Source: Candidatus Bathyarchaeota archaeon
GTDB taxonomy: Archaea > Thermoproteota > Bathyarchaeia > 40CM-2-53-6 > RBG-13-38-9
NCBI GenBank assembly: GCA_026015185.1
Contig: JAOZGX010000047.1
Span: forward strand, 3,475-67,474
Length of the DNA stretch: 64,000 nt
Reading direction: 5' to 3'
The stretch's first letter is position 1. Each line of letters opens with the position of its first letter. Of the stretch, positions 29,257 to 39,773 are shown one piece after another. A program made the position numbers and the translations under genes. The notes beneath the pieces were generated by a model. The model was not told the DNA's origin. It worked only from the letters and a program-made list of their open reading frames with translations, and did not search any database.

Positions 29257-31146
29257 CTAATTACCGTTTATCAATCTACCGTTGTTCTGGAGTTTTTCTT
29301 TGACTTCAGTTAGGTTAAGTTTCTCCAAATTACCAGTAGTCTGCCAACCAGTTTTAACATCCCATCCATGTAAACTATAATATTCATCAAGCATCCTATC
29401 GTAGGATACCTTATCTATTATGCAATCCTTTTTTGGCCCTGAGCGAATTGGTTCTTGCATAAATCTGGCAGGAGGATAATCATCTGAACGTTTAAAACCT
29501 GCATGTATCGTATTGAAAGCTTTTTCAACATTACGAACTCTTTGACCAACTAATATTAACTCACTCGTACTCAATGATACTCCTGTAGCTTTGGAGAATA
29601 AGGACGAAATATCCTCTGGTCCCAGCAAATCGCTATTGCTCCATACAGTCGCAAAATAGCAAATTCCCATCATATCTACAATTGCTTTGAATCTCTCAAA
29701 CCAAAAAACCTTTTCTGCTTTAGAATTTGGTGATGTAGGATCCCCTGCACCTGGGGTTTTATGAGATTGAAAAGCACCATCTAGATGGCCTCCACCTCTT
29801 GCAGCTGTTGAACACCCTAAAGCCCATCCTAGATCTGATCTCATTGCTTCAATCGAATCCTGTCCTTTAATATGCGAAATATAATTCTCAGATCCCTTGC
29901 CAATAATTTCGGATGCACGCTTTGAACCTTCAGCGAGAATTTTGCCAAAACCTTCCTTTTTGGCAATTTTGTTAAGCAATTCAGTTACTACTTCTGTATT
30001 TCCCCATTCTAACCTTAGACCGTTGGTATCATCTGTTCCAATTATACCTTTTTCAAATAGCTCAAAAGCCCATGATATTGGGGCTGAAGAGTTGTCAATA
30101 TCCAATCCGAGTTCAGTGCACAAAGCGTTTATTCTTATCAATGCCTCAGGATCATCGATGTCCAGTTTTCCAGTAAAGTCCCAATCCACATTTAATTGAA
30201 ATCCTTCGCTATGAAGCTTTTGATTATCTCCATATTCAATTCTGTATAAGTGGCTACAGTAGATAGGACAATTAAAACAAGCTAGCTTTCTTATCTCATA
30301 TTTTTCGTTCAATAGATCTTGCTTTACTTTTTCAGCTTTTTCTAAACTCAAAAAATCATCTTGAAAGTTTCTAACTCCCAAAAATCCAAGTTCGTTTGAA
30401 GCTGAAAGAAATGCTCTAGTCCCAAAAGTCCTTCTCATCTCAGTAGACTTGTTCTGATCAATTTTATACCAGACTCTATTGACTTCACTCATGAACTTTT
30501 CTGGTTCGGCTAATTCCACACCGCCTGTTCCTCTTATAGCTATGGCTTTGAGCTTCTTTGATCCCATTATTGCACCGATTCCACCTCGTCCTGCAGCACG
30601 ACCTCGGTCAGCAATTATACAAGCTGGTTTTGCCAGATTTTCACCAGCTATTCCAATTGAAGCCACTCTTAAATTTTTATCAGCCAGATCTTTTCTCAAT
30701 ATTTGTTCTGTTTCCCAAGTATTTTTTCCCCATAGATGCTTTGCATCCCTTATTTCAGCTTCTTCATCTTTGATTAAAATATACTTAGGACTCTTGGAGG
30801 CTCCCTCTATAATTATGAAATCAAAACCAGCGAATTTTAATTCTGGACCTATATGTCCACCACAATTAGACGATAACACCCCTCCTGTATACAGATTTTT
30901 TGTATCTATACTGGTTCTGCAAGAGGCAGGAGCCATTGTTCCAGTGAGTGGACCTGTACTAACAATCAATAAATTTTCAGGATGAAGGGGTGGAATTTTT
31001 GAACGCAAATGCCTGAAAAGCATCCACTGACCAACTCCTCTCCCACCAATATATTCCTTATTGATACTAGTAGAGGAATTGGTTTTTGTCTCGTTTTTGG
31101 TTAAATCTATTCTTAGAAATTTACCTATCCATCCATTGACTGCCAA
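29257..31146 (-). CDS. Aldehyde:ferredoxin oxidoreductase (tungsten-containing AOR family)
   Basis: 629 aa with AOR family N- and C-terminal domains (GRGVGQW, GGRGGIGAIMGSKKLKAI, CFNCPIYC). Confidence 0.8.
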   Translation of the reverse strand: MAVNGWIGKFLRIDLTKNETKTNSSTSINKEYIGGRGVGQWMLFRHLRSKIPPLHPENLLIVSTGPLTGTMAPASCRTSIDTKNLYTGGVLSSNCGGHIGPELKFAGFDFIIIEGASKSPKYILIKDEEAEIRDAKHLWGKNTWETEQILRKDLADKNLRVASIGIAGENLAKPACIIADRGRAAGRGGIGAIMGSKKLKAIAIRGTGGVELAEPEKFMSEVNRVWYKIDQNKSTEMRRTFGTRAFLSASNELGFLGVRNFQDDFLSLEKAEKVKQDLLNEKYEIRKLACFNCPIYCSHLYRIEYGDNQKLHSEGFQLNVDWDFTGKLDIDDPEALIRINALCTELGLDIDNSSAPISWAFELFEKGIIGTDDTNGLRLEWGNTEVVTELLNKIAKKEGFGKILAEGSKRASEIIGKGSENYISHIKGQDSIEAMRSDLGWALGCSTAARGGGHLDGAFQSHKTPGAGDPTSPNSKAEKVFWFERFKAIVDMMGICYFATVWSNSDLLGPEDISSLFSKATGVSLSTSELILVGQRVRNVEKAFNTIHAGFKRSDDYPPARFMQEPIRSGPKKDCIIDKVSYDRMLDEYYSLHGWDVKTGWQTTGNLEKLNLTEVKEKLQNNGRLINGN

Positions 31147-31157
31147 ATTTCCTCTCC

Positions 31158-31403
31158 TTATTCATTTTGCAAAACAAGAGCGCCGGCTGAGCAGTATTTA
31201 ATGCATAGAGGCTCATCTTTTCCTTTGCAAAGATTGCATTCATTATTTATTGAAATATCCATACCATTAGATTCCACATCAAAATAGACTTTGATTAGGG
31301 ATTTGCTTGGTTGATGGATTCCCAGTTTACCATATGAGCAAGCTATTTCACAAGATCTACAGCCAGTACAGACATCTTCCCTTATAGAGATTCTTTTTAT
31401 CAA
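31158..31403 (-). CDS. 4Fe-4S ferredoxin-domain protein, likely AOR-associated electron carrier
   Basis: 81 aa with CTGCRSCEIAC and CNLCKGKDEPLCIKYC motifs. Immediately upstream of the AOR on the same strand. Confidence 0.6.
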   Translation of the reverse strand: MIKRISIREDVCTGCRSCEIACSYGKLGIHQPSKSLIKVYFDVESNGMDISINNECNLCKGKDEPLCIKYCSAGALVLQNE

Positions 31404-31546
31404 ATTCAGCCCTCTCTTTTTTTTAGTATGAGCTAATAATTAAAGCGGTCATAGGTAATATTTTGATATGAGGGAGCACTATTTCTTTTTTTTATAATAT
31501 TTATATCTGTATTGAATTATAAGATTGAATAAACATTCCAACTTGG

Positions 31547-33097
31547 TTGATTTTAATGAGAATTATGAATAAGCTTATGAAAAAGGAATTTATCATAATA
31601 ACGTTTCTTATTCTATCATTAACCTTAATCATTGATTTCAAAGAGCTTAATGCACAACCGCCCTTACTAGTCTATGTTTCTACAAATAAAGCTGCATATT
31701 CTCCAGGTGAAGATGTCGTATTAAAAGTAGAGGTTAGGGAGACAGATGGAGTTACTAGAGTTTCAGGAGCTGATGTATGGATTGGTTTAGTTCCGCCACC
31801 TGGTCCTGCTATTGCTTTTCCTGCAGCAGAAATTGGAATTCAACCTGGTGATTATTTTTACACTTACAGTCTATCACCTAGTGAAGCATCAGGAACCTGG
31901 AGCGTCTCTGCTCAAGCCTCAAAAATGGGCTTTTCAGATGGAAGTGACTCAACCTCTTTTCAAGTTGTCGGCGGCGGTCCACCGACATATGTAACAGACT
32001 GGAAGATTTATGGTCCGGGAGTCTCACCACCTAATCCAACTACTGAGGACTTTGTAAAATGTTTCGCTTGGATCGAGATAAAAAGCACGATAAATCCATT
32101 GCCACAACAAGTGGATGTAATATGTATAGTTGATGGAATGCCTGTAGGGGGCGGTTCAATAGAGATAAATTCCATAAACGCTTGGCAAGTTTATACCCCG
32201 GTTAAGAAATATTCACCAGGCCTACACACAGGTACTTGGATCGTTGATCCTGATATGAAAGCGGATAATACTGATAGATCAGATAATGAAGTAAATTTCC
32301 AATTTACTGTAGCACCACCTGCACCTGGATTCGACTTTACATTTACTACTTCCACTCATAGCCAAACTGTACCAGCTGGGGAAAATGCATTATATGTAAT
32401 CACTGCAGAACATATTAGCGGACCTCCAGAGTCCATAAATCTACATGCTGAGGGAATTCCACCAGGTGCTTCGCATACACTAATACCAAATGCGGGAACC
32501 CCAACCTTTAGCACTACTTTAACTATTCAAACTACCGAACATGTATCCATAGGGACTTTTCCTATAACTATCATAGGTGAAGGAGCAGGAGTATCAAAAA
32601 CCTTAAGCGTTACACTGATTATTGAAAGCTCTGAAGAATCTGATTTTGAATTATCTGTTGTTCCAACAGAGCAATCAGCTACACATCAACAATCGATCAA
32701 CTTCATGGTCTCTGTAATTGGACAAGGTGGTTTTAATTCCGAAGTGAATTTAGCAGTTTCTGGAGTCCCATCAGGAATTCAAACTTCATTTACTCCCACA
32801 AGTGGAGTGACAGATCTATCATCTACTCTAAGACTGGATATAACAAAAGCAGTTGAACCTGGAGTCTATGCGTTGACGATATATGCATCTGGTGGTGGTA
32901 TAACTAAATCAACTATGATAGAACTTGAGGTTCAGAAAGCGCCTTTAACTGAAACTCCCCCTTCAATAACTCCAACTGATGGAGTATCATCGATTTGGAA
33001 TTTACTAGCCGGACAAAACTATCTGATAATACTTCTAATGGCTGTGATTATAATCCTAGCAGTAGCTTTACTTTTGAAGGGTCGCAAACAAGAATAA
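31547..33097 (+). CDS. Cell-surface protein with N-terminal signal/TM, Ig-like/CARDB-like repeats and C-terminal TM anchor
   Basis: N-terminal hydrophobic segment and Thr/Ser/Pro-rich beta-rich body. The C-terminus has a hydrophobic helix plus basic tail (LIILLMAVIIILAVALLLKGRKQE). Confidence 0.5.
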   Translation: MILMRIMNKLMKKEFIIITFLILSLTLIIDFKELNAQPPLLVYVSTNKAAYSPGEDVVLKVEVRETDGVTRVSGADVWIGLVPPPGPAIAFPAAEIGIQPGDYFYTYSLSPSEASGTWSVSAQASKMGFSDGSDSTSFQVVGGGPPTYVTDWKIYGPGVSPPNPTTEDFVKCFAWIEIKSTINPLPQQVDVICIVDGMPVGGGSIEINSINAWQVYTPVKKYSPGLHTGTWIVDPDMKADNTDRSDNEVNFQFTVAPPAPGFDFTFTTSTHSQTVPAGENALYVITAEHISGPPESINLHAEGIPPGASHTLIPNAGTPTFSTTLTIQTTEHVSIGTFPITIIGEGAGVSKTLSVTLIIESSEESDFELSVVPTEQSATHQQSINFMVSVIGQGGFNSEVNLAVSGVPSGIQTSFTPTSGVTDLSSTLRLDITKAVEPGVYALTIYASGGGITKSTMIELEVQKAPLTETPPSITPTDGVSSIWNLLAGQNYLIILLMAVIIILAVALLLKGRKQE

Positions 33098-33186
33098 ATA
33101 CGAATTACAAGTTAATCTGGTGGATAAATCAACAATTAGATATTAACTACCTGACATAACTCCAATATTTTTTATTTTACAGATTC

Positions 33187-34593
33187 TTAATTTGAGCTAT
33201 TTTCAGGTAAGACTTTACCAGGATTGAGTATGTTTTTTGGATCGAATATTTTTTTGATTGCCTTCATAAGTTCTATCTCTTCTTGACTTAAGCTGTAATG
33301 GAGATCATTAATCTTCTGGATTCCAATACCGTGTTCTGCCGTTATCGCACCGTTTAAACTCCTTCCAGCTTCAAAAATTTCTTTTTTAATCTGTTCATAT
33401 TTTTGCCTCCAATCATCGCCAAGACCTTTTTTCATTATGTGCACGTGCACATTTCCATCACCAGCATGTCCATAAACTGGAAGATTTACCTTGTTTTTTG
33501 AGGAGGTAATTTTAACTTTCTCTACAAATTCAGCTATTTTGCTAGGAGGAACAGCAACATCAAACAGATCTATCATCTCTGGCTTTAATCCTTCATATAG
33601 ATTGCTTCTGATTCGCATTATCACGTCCTGTTCTTTTTTCTTGTCAGCAAGCAATACATCCTTTGCTCCATTCTCTTCTCCGACTGCAGCTATTTTTTCG
33701 CATACTGAATAAAGCTCATCTTTTTCATTCCCTACAACTACAACCATCAAAAAAGCTTGGCCTTTGGCAGGCCAGACCTCCCCTAACATTTTCTCAGTAG
33801 GGGTTATACCCTCTCTCTCAACATATTCCAACCCCAGTGGTATTTCACCAGTTCTTAGAAGTTTGGGCACAGTTGATATTGCACTATTAACATCCTCATA
33901 TTCCATAAGTAGAATCATCATTTCTTTTGGTTTGGGAAGTAGCCTTAAGGTCACTTTTGTAAATATTGCAAGAGTTCCCTCACTTCCTATCAGAAGCTGA
34001 AGGAGGTTATAACCAGTATTATCTTTGAGTAATTTTCCTGATAGATTGACTATTTTTCCTGTAGGTAACACAACTTCAGCGCCTTTAACAAAATTCCTCA
34101 TAACTCCATATTTGACCGTCCTCACTCCTCCAGCGTTAGTTGCGATAGCGGCACCTATATGTGCGCTCTCATCACCAGGATGAGGGGGGAAGAATAGATC
34201 TATATCTTCTAACGCTTCATAGATCTTCATAAGTGGAACCCCAGATTCTACAGTCATCATCAGATCATTTTCATCGATCTCAATGATCTTATCCAATCTA
34301 TCCAAGCTAAGAACAATTCCACCCTTTATTGGAACTGCTCCTCCACTAAGCCCTGTACCAGCTCCTCTAGGAGTAACAGGGACAAGGTTCTCATAAGCCA
34401 GCTTGAGTACTTTTGCAACTTCTTCGCTGTTTCCAGGCTTCAATACTATATCTGGCATTTGGGTTATTGCAACGTATGTAGCGGTTTCATCATGTGAAAA
34501 ATCTTCTAATTCCGAGCCTTTTTCAATAATATTCTCTTTACCTACAATTTGTCTGAGATTTTCAAGTAGTTTGGGAGTTATCTTGCCATACAA
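33187..34593 (-). CDS. FAD-linked oxidase (GlcD / D-lactate dehydrogenase family)
   Basis: 468 aa with an FAD-binding PCMH domain (PRGAGTGLSGGAVP). Confidence 0.75.
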   Translation of the reverse strand: MYGKITPKLLENLRQIVGKENIIEKGSELEDFSHDETATYVAITQMPDIVLKPGNSEEVAKVLKLAYENLVPVTPRGAGTGLSGGAVPIKGGIVLSLDRLDKIIEIDENDLMMTVESGVPLMKIYEALEDIDLFFPPHPGDESAHIGAAIATNAGGVRTVKYGVMRNFVKGAEVVLPTGKIVNLSGKLLKDNTGYNLLQLLIGSEGTLAIFTKVTLRLLPKPKEMMILLMEYEDVNSAISTVPKLLRTGEIPLGLEYVEREGITPTEKMLGEVWPAKGQAFLMVVVVGNEKDELYSVCEKIAAVGEENGAKDVLLADKKKEQDVIMRIRSNLYEGLKPEMIDLFDVAVPPSKIAEFVEKVKITSSKNKVNLPVYGHAGDGNVHVHIMKKGLGDDWRQKYEQIKKEIFEAGRSLNGAITAEHGIGIQKINDLHYSLSQEEIELMKAIKKIFDPKNILNPGKVLPENSSN

Positions 34594-34851
34594 GTCGCAA
34601 CCAACACCTCAATTGACTTATACGTAATGCAGAAAGTTAGATTTTAAGGATTCTTTCTCTTATATAGATCGCTTGCTTGAATGTTTATAAATAATCTAGC
34701 TGACAGTGATAGTTATGTTGAACGGAGAACTCGTTAAAAGTATTACCTCTGATGGAATTGAAGCGCCCGCGCTTTCAAAAATAATATACTCTTAGATTAA
34801 TCAGCTAATTCTATAAAGAATAGAACTTATGCTTGCCAAGTTGTGCTGACT

Positions 34852-35637
34852 ATGGATATTATTGTTTGTATAAAACAAGTACCGGAAACTACAGAAGTAA
34901 AGATCGATCCTGAAACAAAGACTTTGGTCAGAGAAGGTGTCCCATCAGAAATCAATCTTTTAGATTTGCATGCGATAGAAGAGAGCCTTAGAATTCGAGA
35001 AAAATTTGGTGGCAAAGTTATTGTAATAAGTATGGGTCCACCTCAAGCAGAGGAGGCCATTAGGGATGCTTTGGCAATGGGTTGTGATGATGGATTATTG
35101 ATTAGCGATAATGCTTTTGCTGGTTCTGACACCCTAGCAACATGGTATGCATTAGCACTAGGAATAAAAAAGATTGGTTATTATGATTTGGTCATATGTG
35201 GAATGAAAACTACTGATGGTGATACTGGTCAAGTTGGCCCTGGATTAGCCCAAGGACTTGGGATAGCCCACGTTGCTTATGTCAGCAAAATTGAGGAGAT
35301 ATCTGAAAGCCACATAGTTGTAAATAAGATGGTTGAGGATGGTACTGAAGTTATAAAATGTCCATTGCCTTGCCTTTTAACTGTGTTGAAAGGGATAAAC
35401 GAACCAAGACTTCCTTCTTTAAAATTGAAGATTAAAGCAAGAAAATTTCCAATAAAGACTTGGGGTCCAAAAGAACTTAGCGGAGAGTTATCCAGATATG
35501 GTTTAGATGGATCACCTACCCAGGTTGTGGAAGTTTTCAATCCTGAACCTCCTGAGAAAGGGGAGATGATTAGTGGGACACCGCAAGTTCAAGCAGATAA
35601 ACTCTTCAACAAATTAAAAAGCCTTAAGATTTTATAG
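34852..35637 (+). CDS. etfB: Electron transfer flavoprotein beta subunit (FixA-like)
   Basis: MDIIVCIKQVPE start, typical of ETF-beta. An upstream GTG at 34843 is also possible. Confidence 0.8.
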   Translation: MDIIVCIKQVPETTEVKIDPETKTLVREGVPSEINLLDLHAIEESLRIREKFGGKVIVISMGPPQAEEAIRDALAMGCDDGLLISDNAFAGSDTLATWYALALGIKKIGYYDLVICGMKTTDGDTGQVGPGLAQGLGIAHVAYVSKIEEISESHIVVNKMVEDGTEVIKCPLPCLLTVLKGINEPRLPSLKLKIKARKFPIKTWGPKELSGELSRYGLDGSPTQVVEVFNPEPPEKGEMISGTPQVQADKLFNKLKSLKIL

Positions 35638-35648
35638 AGTGGTCTATA

Positions 35649-36836
35649 TTGGCGGAGATCAAGCTAAACAAAAACAAGTGCAATAAATGTAAAATCTGCG
35701 TTGATGCCTGTCCATTTGGTTGTGTCATCTTAGATGACCAATATCCTAGATTCGTAGATTGTCGGTTTTGTGGAATATGTGTTACTAGATGCCCAACTAA
35801 TGCAATTACAATATTTAAGAAAGAAGAAGTCAGTGCCGATTTAACTTCATATAAAGGGATTATGATATTCGCTGAACAAAGACACGGGAAGATCTCTCCA
35901 GTGGTCTATGAGCTCATAGGAAAAGGTGCTGAGCTTGCAAAAAAACTAGGTGAGCCCTTAAAAGCTGTGTTTTTAGGTAATGAGATTATGGATGAAGCGG
36001 AAGAATTAATTCGATATGGAGTAGAAGAAGTATACTTGTATCAAAACCCAAAATTAGAAGTTTTCAAGGATGATTCATATAGTCAAATAATTTCTGATCT
36101 AGTTCAAGAAGTAAAACCAAGCATAGTATTGATGGGGGCAACATCGATTGGAAGATCCCTTGCGCCGAGGATTTCAGCAATATTAAGAACAGGATTAACA
36201 GCGGATTGTACTGGACTCGAGATTGATGAAGATGGTAATCTAATTCAGATTAGACCTGCTTTTGGTGGAAATGTGATGGCAAAAATACTGTGTACTAACA
36301 ATCGACCTCAGATGGCCACCGTAAGATACAAAGTCATGAAAAAGGCTGAGCTAAAACCGTCTTCAAAAGGAAATGTAAAGGAGATGGTTTTTGATATAGG
36401 GAACATCATAAACAGAACAGAAGTTATTGATTTCAAGAAAATGGATAGCAGAGTTTCCATTGTTGAAGCCGATATTATAGTTTCTGGTGGTAAAGGTTTA
36501 GGTGGGCCCGATGGATTTGAATCGCTAAGAGAATTAGCATCTCTTCTAGGAGGGGGTGTTGGGGCAAGTAGATCGGCTGTTGATGAAGGTTGGATTGATT
36601 ATTCGCATCAGGTTGGTTTAAGTGGAAGAACTGTAAGACCGAAAATCTATATAGCATGCGGTATATCAGGTTCAGTTCAACATTTAGCTGGCATGCAAAC
36701 ATCAGAAACAATCATAGCAATCAATAATGATCCTAATGCTCCAATATTCAAAGTCGCTACATATGGAATTGTCGGGGATTTGTATGAAGTAATACCTGAG
36801 TTGATTAAAAAAATCAAAACTGCTAGAAAAGTTTAA
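35649..36836 (+). CDS. etfA: Electron transfer flavoprotein alpha subunit with N-terminal ferredoxin domain (FixB-like)
   Basis: N-terminal 2x CxxCxxC..CP, then ETF-alpha FAD domain (IVSGGKGLG...GLSGRTVRPKIYIACGISGSVQHLAG). Confidence 0.85.
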   Translation: MAEIKLNKNKCNKCKICVDACPFGCVILDDQYPRFVDCRFCGICVTRCPTNAITIFKKEEVSADLTSYKGIMIFAEQRHGKISPVVYELIGKGAELAKKLGEPLKAVFLGNEIMDEAEELIRYGVEEVYLYQNPKLEVFKDDSYSQIISDLVQEVKPSIVLMGATSIGRSLAPRISAILRTGLTADCTGLEIDEDGNLIQIRPAFGGNVMAKILCTNNRPQMATVRYKVMKKAELKPSSKGNVKEMVFDIGNIINRTEVIDFKKMDSRVSIVEADIIVSGGKGLGGPDGFESLRELASLLGGGVGASRSAVDEGWIDYSHQVGLSGRTVRPKIYIACGISGSVQHLAGMQTSETIIAINNDPNAPIFKVATYGIVGDLYEVIPELIKKIKTARKV

Positions 36837-37000
36837 TTGGAATTAGCCCGCGCTTGTTTATATTAGAAAGGTATATAAACTTCAATGAAATATTTTCAAA
36901 AAATGAATCGTTTTAAACCGTTTATTCAAATGACTTAGCCATTTTAATATATATCATGAGGTAACACCATTATAGAATTTCAATCTAAGGAGACTGACCT

Positions 37001-38356
37001 TTGAGTTCTGAAGCTATAAGATCGATTTTTGAGCCAAATTCAATTGCAATAGTTGGAGCATCAAGAAACCGAGAAAAAGTTGGCTATTTAATTCTTGAAA
37101 ATTTACTTAAGAGTGGTTTTAAAGGTAAACTATATCCGATTAACCCAAAAGTCGATGAAATTCTAGGTCTAAGGACATACCCCTCAATCGGGGATGTGAT
37201 AGAAGATATTGATCTTGTGGTCATTGCTATACCAGCAACAATTGTACCAAATATATTAAAGGAATGCGGAAAGAAAGGGATTAAATCTGCCATTGTAATT
37301 TCAGGGGGTTTTCGTGAAACAGGAAAAGAAGGAGAAGAACTAGAGAAATCAATAATTAAAATCATAAATCAAACAGGAATCCGTTTAGTCGGTCCTAACT
37401 GCATTGGTGTAGACAATCCCTATATCGGTATGTCAATGTGGATCGGTGTCAAAAAGAAAGGGCCAATATCAATAGTATCTCAGAGTGGTCTCGTGGGAAC
37501 CGCTTTCCAATGCTGGGCAGAAAAGGAAGGTATCGGAATTAGCAAATGTATATCACTAGGAAACCAAGTTGACGTTAATGAAATTGACATCTCAAGATAT
37601 TTTGAAGAAGACCCCAACACAAAAACCATCGTAATGTATCTTGAGGGCACTCATAATGGAAGGAAATTCATGAGAGTGGCTTCGGAAGTATCAAAAAAGA
37701 AACCCATCATAGCTTTAAAAGGAGGTCGAACTGAAAAAGGCATCAGGGCAGCAAGATCTCACACGAGATCCCTCTCTGGAAAAAGTGAGATCTTCGAGAC
37801 AGCAATAAAGCAATCCGGTATTCTTAGTGCAAATACCCTCGAGGAACTCTATATCTATGCAAAAGCGCTATCATTTTTACCTTTACCTAAAGGTCGAAAA
37901 GTACTCATCATAACATCATCCGGAGGCGCGGGAATTATGGCTGCCGATACAGTTGATAGACTTAATTTAGAACTACCTGCCATCTCAGAGAATGTTGAAA
38001 AACGTCTTCGACAAAAATTACCTAGCTACTGTGTATTTGACAATCCATTCGATGTGACCACTACCAGAGTAGAATCATTTCAGCTAGTGATGCAGGAAAA
38101 TCTTGAAGATGAAAATATTGATGCGTTTCTACCTATCTTTGCGGATCCTCTCCCCCGTGCAGCTGAAGCTGTAAAAAGCATTACAGAAAAAACTGACAAA
38201 CCAATTGTAGTTTGTTATGTTGGTGGTGGTAAAATCGAAGACATCGAAAAAGAAAAGATGCATAAAACAGGGATTCCTGTATTTTCAACCCCTGAAAAAG
38301 CCGTAACCGCTTTGTATGCATTAGTAAGATATCATGAACTTCAAAGCGCGCACTAA
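37001..38356 (+). CDS. ADP-forming acyl-CoA synthetase alpha subunit (CoA-binding/succinyl-CoA synthetase-like)
   Basis: CoA-binding Rossmann fold (SIAIVGASRNREKVGY) and a ligase-CoA domain with phosphohistidine region (SRSHTRSLSG). Confidence 0.7.
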   Translation: MSSEAIRSIFEPNSIAIVGASRNREKVGYLILENLLKSGFKGKLYPINPKVDEILGLRTYPSIGDVIEDIDLVVIAIPATIVPNILKECGKKGIKSAIVISGGFRETGKEGEELEKSIIKIINQTGIRLVGPNCIGVDNPYIGMSMWIGVKKKGPISIVSQSGLVGTAFQCWAEKEGIGISKCISLGNQVDVNEIDISRYFEEDPNTKTIVMYLEGTHNGRKFMRVASEVSKKKPIIALKGGRTEKGIRAARSHTRSLSGKSEIFETAIKQSGILSANTLEELYIYAKALSFLPLPKGRKVLIITSSGGAGIMAADTVDRLNLELPAISENVEKRLRQKLPSYCVFDNPFDVTTTRVESFQLVMQENLEDENIDAFLPIFADPLPRAAEAVKSITEKTDKPIVVCYVGGGKIEDIEKEKMHKTGIPVFSTPEKAVTALYALVRYHELQSAH

Positions 38357-39579
38357 AATTTGGATTTAATCATTTCTGATTGAATTTCCATATAATCTTT
38401 CAGATGTCTAGTAATTAGAAAATTCTTTTTTACATATTCTCTTCCTTGTAATCCTAGGACATTTGCAAGATCACGTTTCTTTAAGAGTTGAACAATTCTA
38501 TCCGCCGCTTCTCTAATATCACTAACCAGAAAGCCCGTTATGCCATCTATCACTTGAAGAGGTATTCCACCTACTTTTGTGCCTACGACTGGAGTTCCTT
38601 TCCAGAGAGCCTCAGTAACCGTTAAGCCAAAACCTTCTCTGATAGATTTCTGAATCACAACATCAGAAGCTCTTTGAAAGGAATTAACTTCTAAATCGTC
38701 AAGGTTTAATAGCATGTGCACATCTTCGACTTCCTCAGCTTTTCTTGATGTTTTTTCAAACCATTCCTGACCTTCTGGATCATCATAAGCCATGTTGCCA
38801 ATTAAAATGAGTTGAGTATCAGGTACCTTCATTTTTACTAATTTATAGGATTCAATTACGCCTAGAGGATCCTTCCAATAATCAAATCGTGATATTTGAG
38901 AAATTATTGGTTTTTCAGGGTCTATATCAAATTTCTGAAGTGTTTTATGAATAGTCTCCGGGGGCAAGGATTTGTTCTTATCTGAAAGTGGATCAATGGA
39001 TGGGGGTACCAAATATATTCTTTTTTTACTGACGTCTTTGTGGACATATTTATCTAATGAAAAAATAAGTGCGTCATATTTAGTGATGATTTGTTTGATA
39101 AAATTCCAGTAAACTAAATTTGCATTAGTTAGATCGATATGACACCGCCAAAGGATTTGTTTATTATCTTTTAACATCTCTATTATCGGTGCTGGTTGTG
39201 GGTCGTGGACGACTAGCAAATCCGAGCCCAAGTCTGTTGTATCGGCGAATTCCCTGTTGTATCTAAAGTATATATCCTTCATAGGTTCGGTTAATGGTAA
39301 ATCCATCCCCTGAAGAGCATTGTGAAAACTTTTTGTTACCTCAAAAAATTCAGGGGCCCCTTTAATAACTTGCCACCTCATATCCAATCCAATAGAGCTG
39401 GCTAAAGGAATTAAATTCTGTAAAATCTCTGCAACTCCACCACCAATCTTTGTAGAATTGATGTGAATTATAGATGTTCCCTTTAAACGCTCAGCTAATT
39501 CTACGATCCCATTTACTGAGTCTTGTCCTATAATATCGGCGTATTGCTCTATTGATTTATTTTCAGCCAACCGAACCAC
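38353..39579 (-). CDS. Glycosyltransferase family 4, TreT-like (putative trehalose glycosyltransferring synthase)
   Basis: 408 aa. GT-B fold, with a C-terminal GT4 region ending EGFGLTVTEALWKGTPVV. Divergent from the otsA/otsB fusion. Confidence 0.5.
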   Translation of the reverse strand: MVRLAENKSIEQYADIIGQDSVNGIVELAERLKGTSIIHINSTKIGGGVAEILQNLIPLASSIGLDMRWQVIKGAPEFFEVTKSFHNALQGMDLPLTEPMKDIYFRYNREFADTTDLGSDLLVVHDPQPAPIIEMLKDNKQILWRCHIDLTNANLVYWNFIKQIITKYDALIFSLDKYVHKDVSKKRIYLVPPSIDPLSDKNKSLPPETIHKTLQKFDIDPEKPIISQISRFDYWKDPLGVIESYKLVKMKVPDTQLILIGNMAYDDPEGQEWFEKTSRKAEEVEDVHMLLNLDDLEVNSFQRASDVVIQKSIREGFGLTVTEALWKGTPVVGTKVGGIPLQVIDGITGFLVSDIREAADRIVQLLKKRDLANVLGLQGREYVKKNFLITRHLKDYMEIQSEMIKSKF

Positions 39580-39773
39580 ATTCCTCTATTTATCTAAAAT
39601 TTTCTAGGCATTATTCTCAAAGCAATTGATTTTTCAATATTGAGCGGTTTTGCCTCAATATATTTTTATTGATTTCAAAAGAAGCTTAATCAAGGGTCCA
39701 TGGAAATTCATATAACAATTATCATCTTATTATTCCATAGATGACTTAATGGTTGCTAAATTAGGTTAATAAT

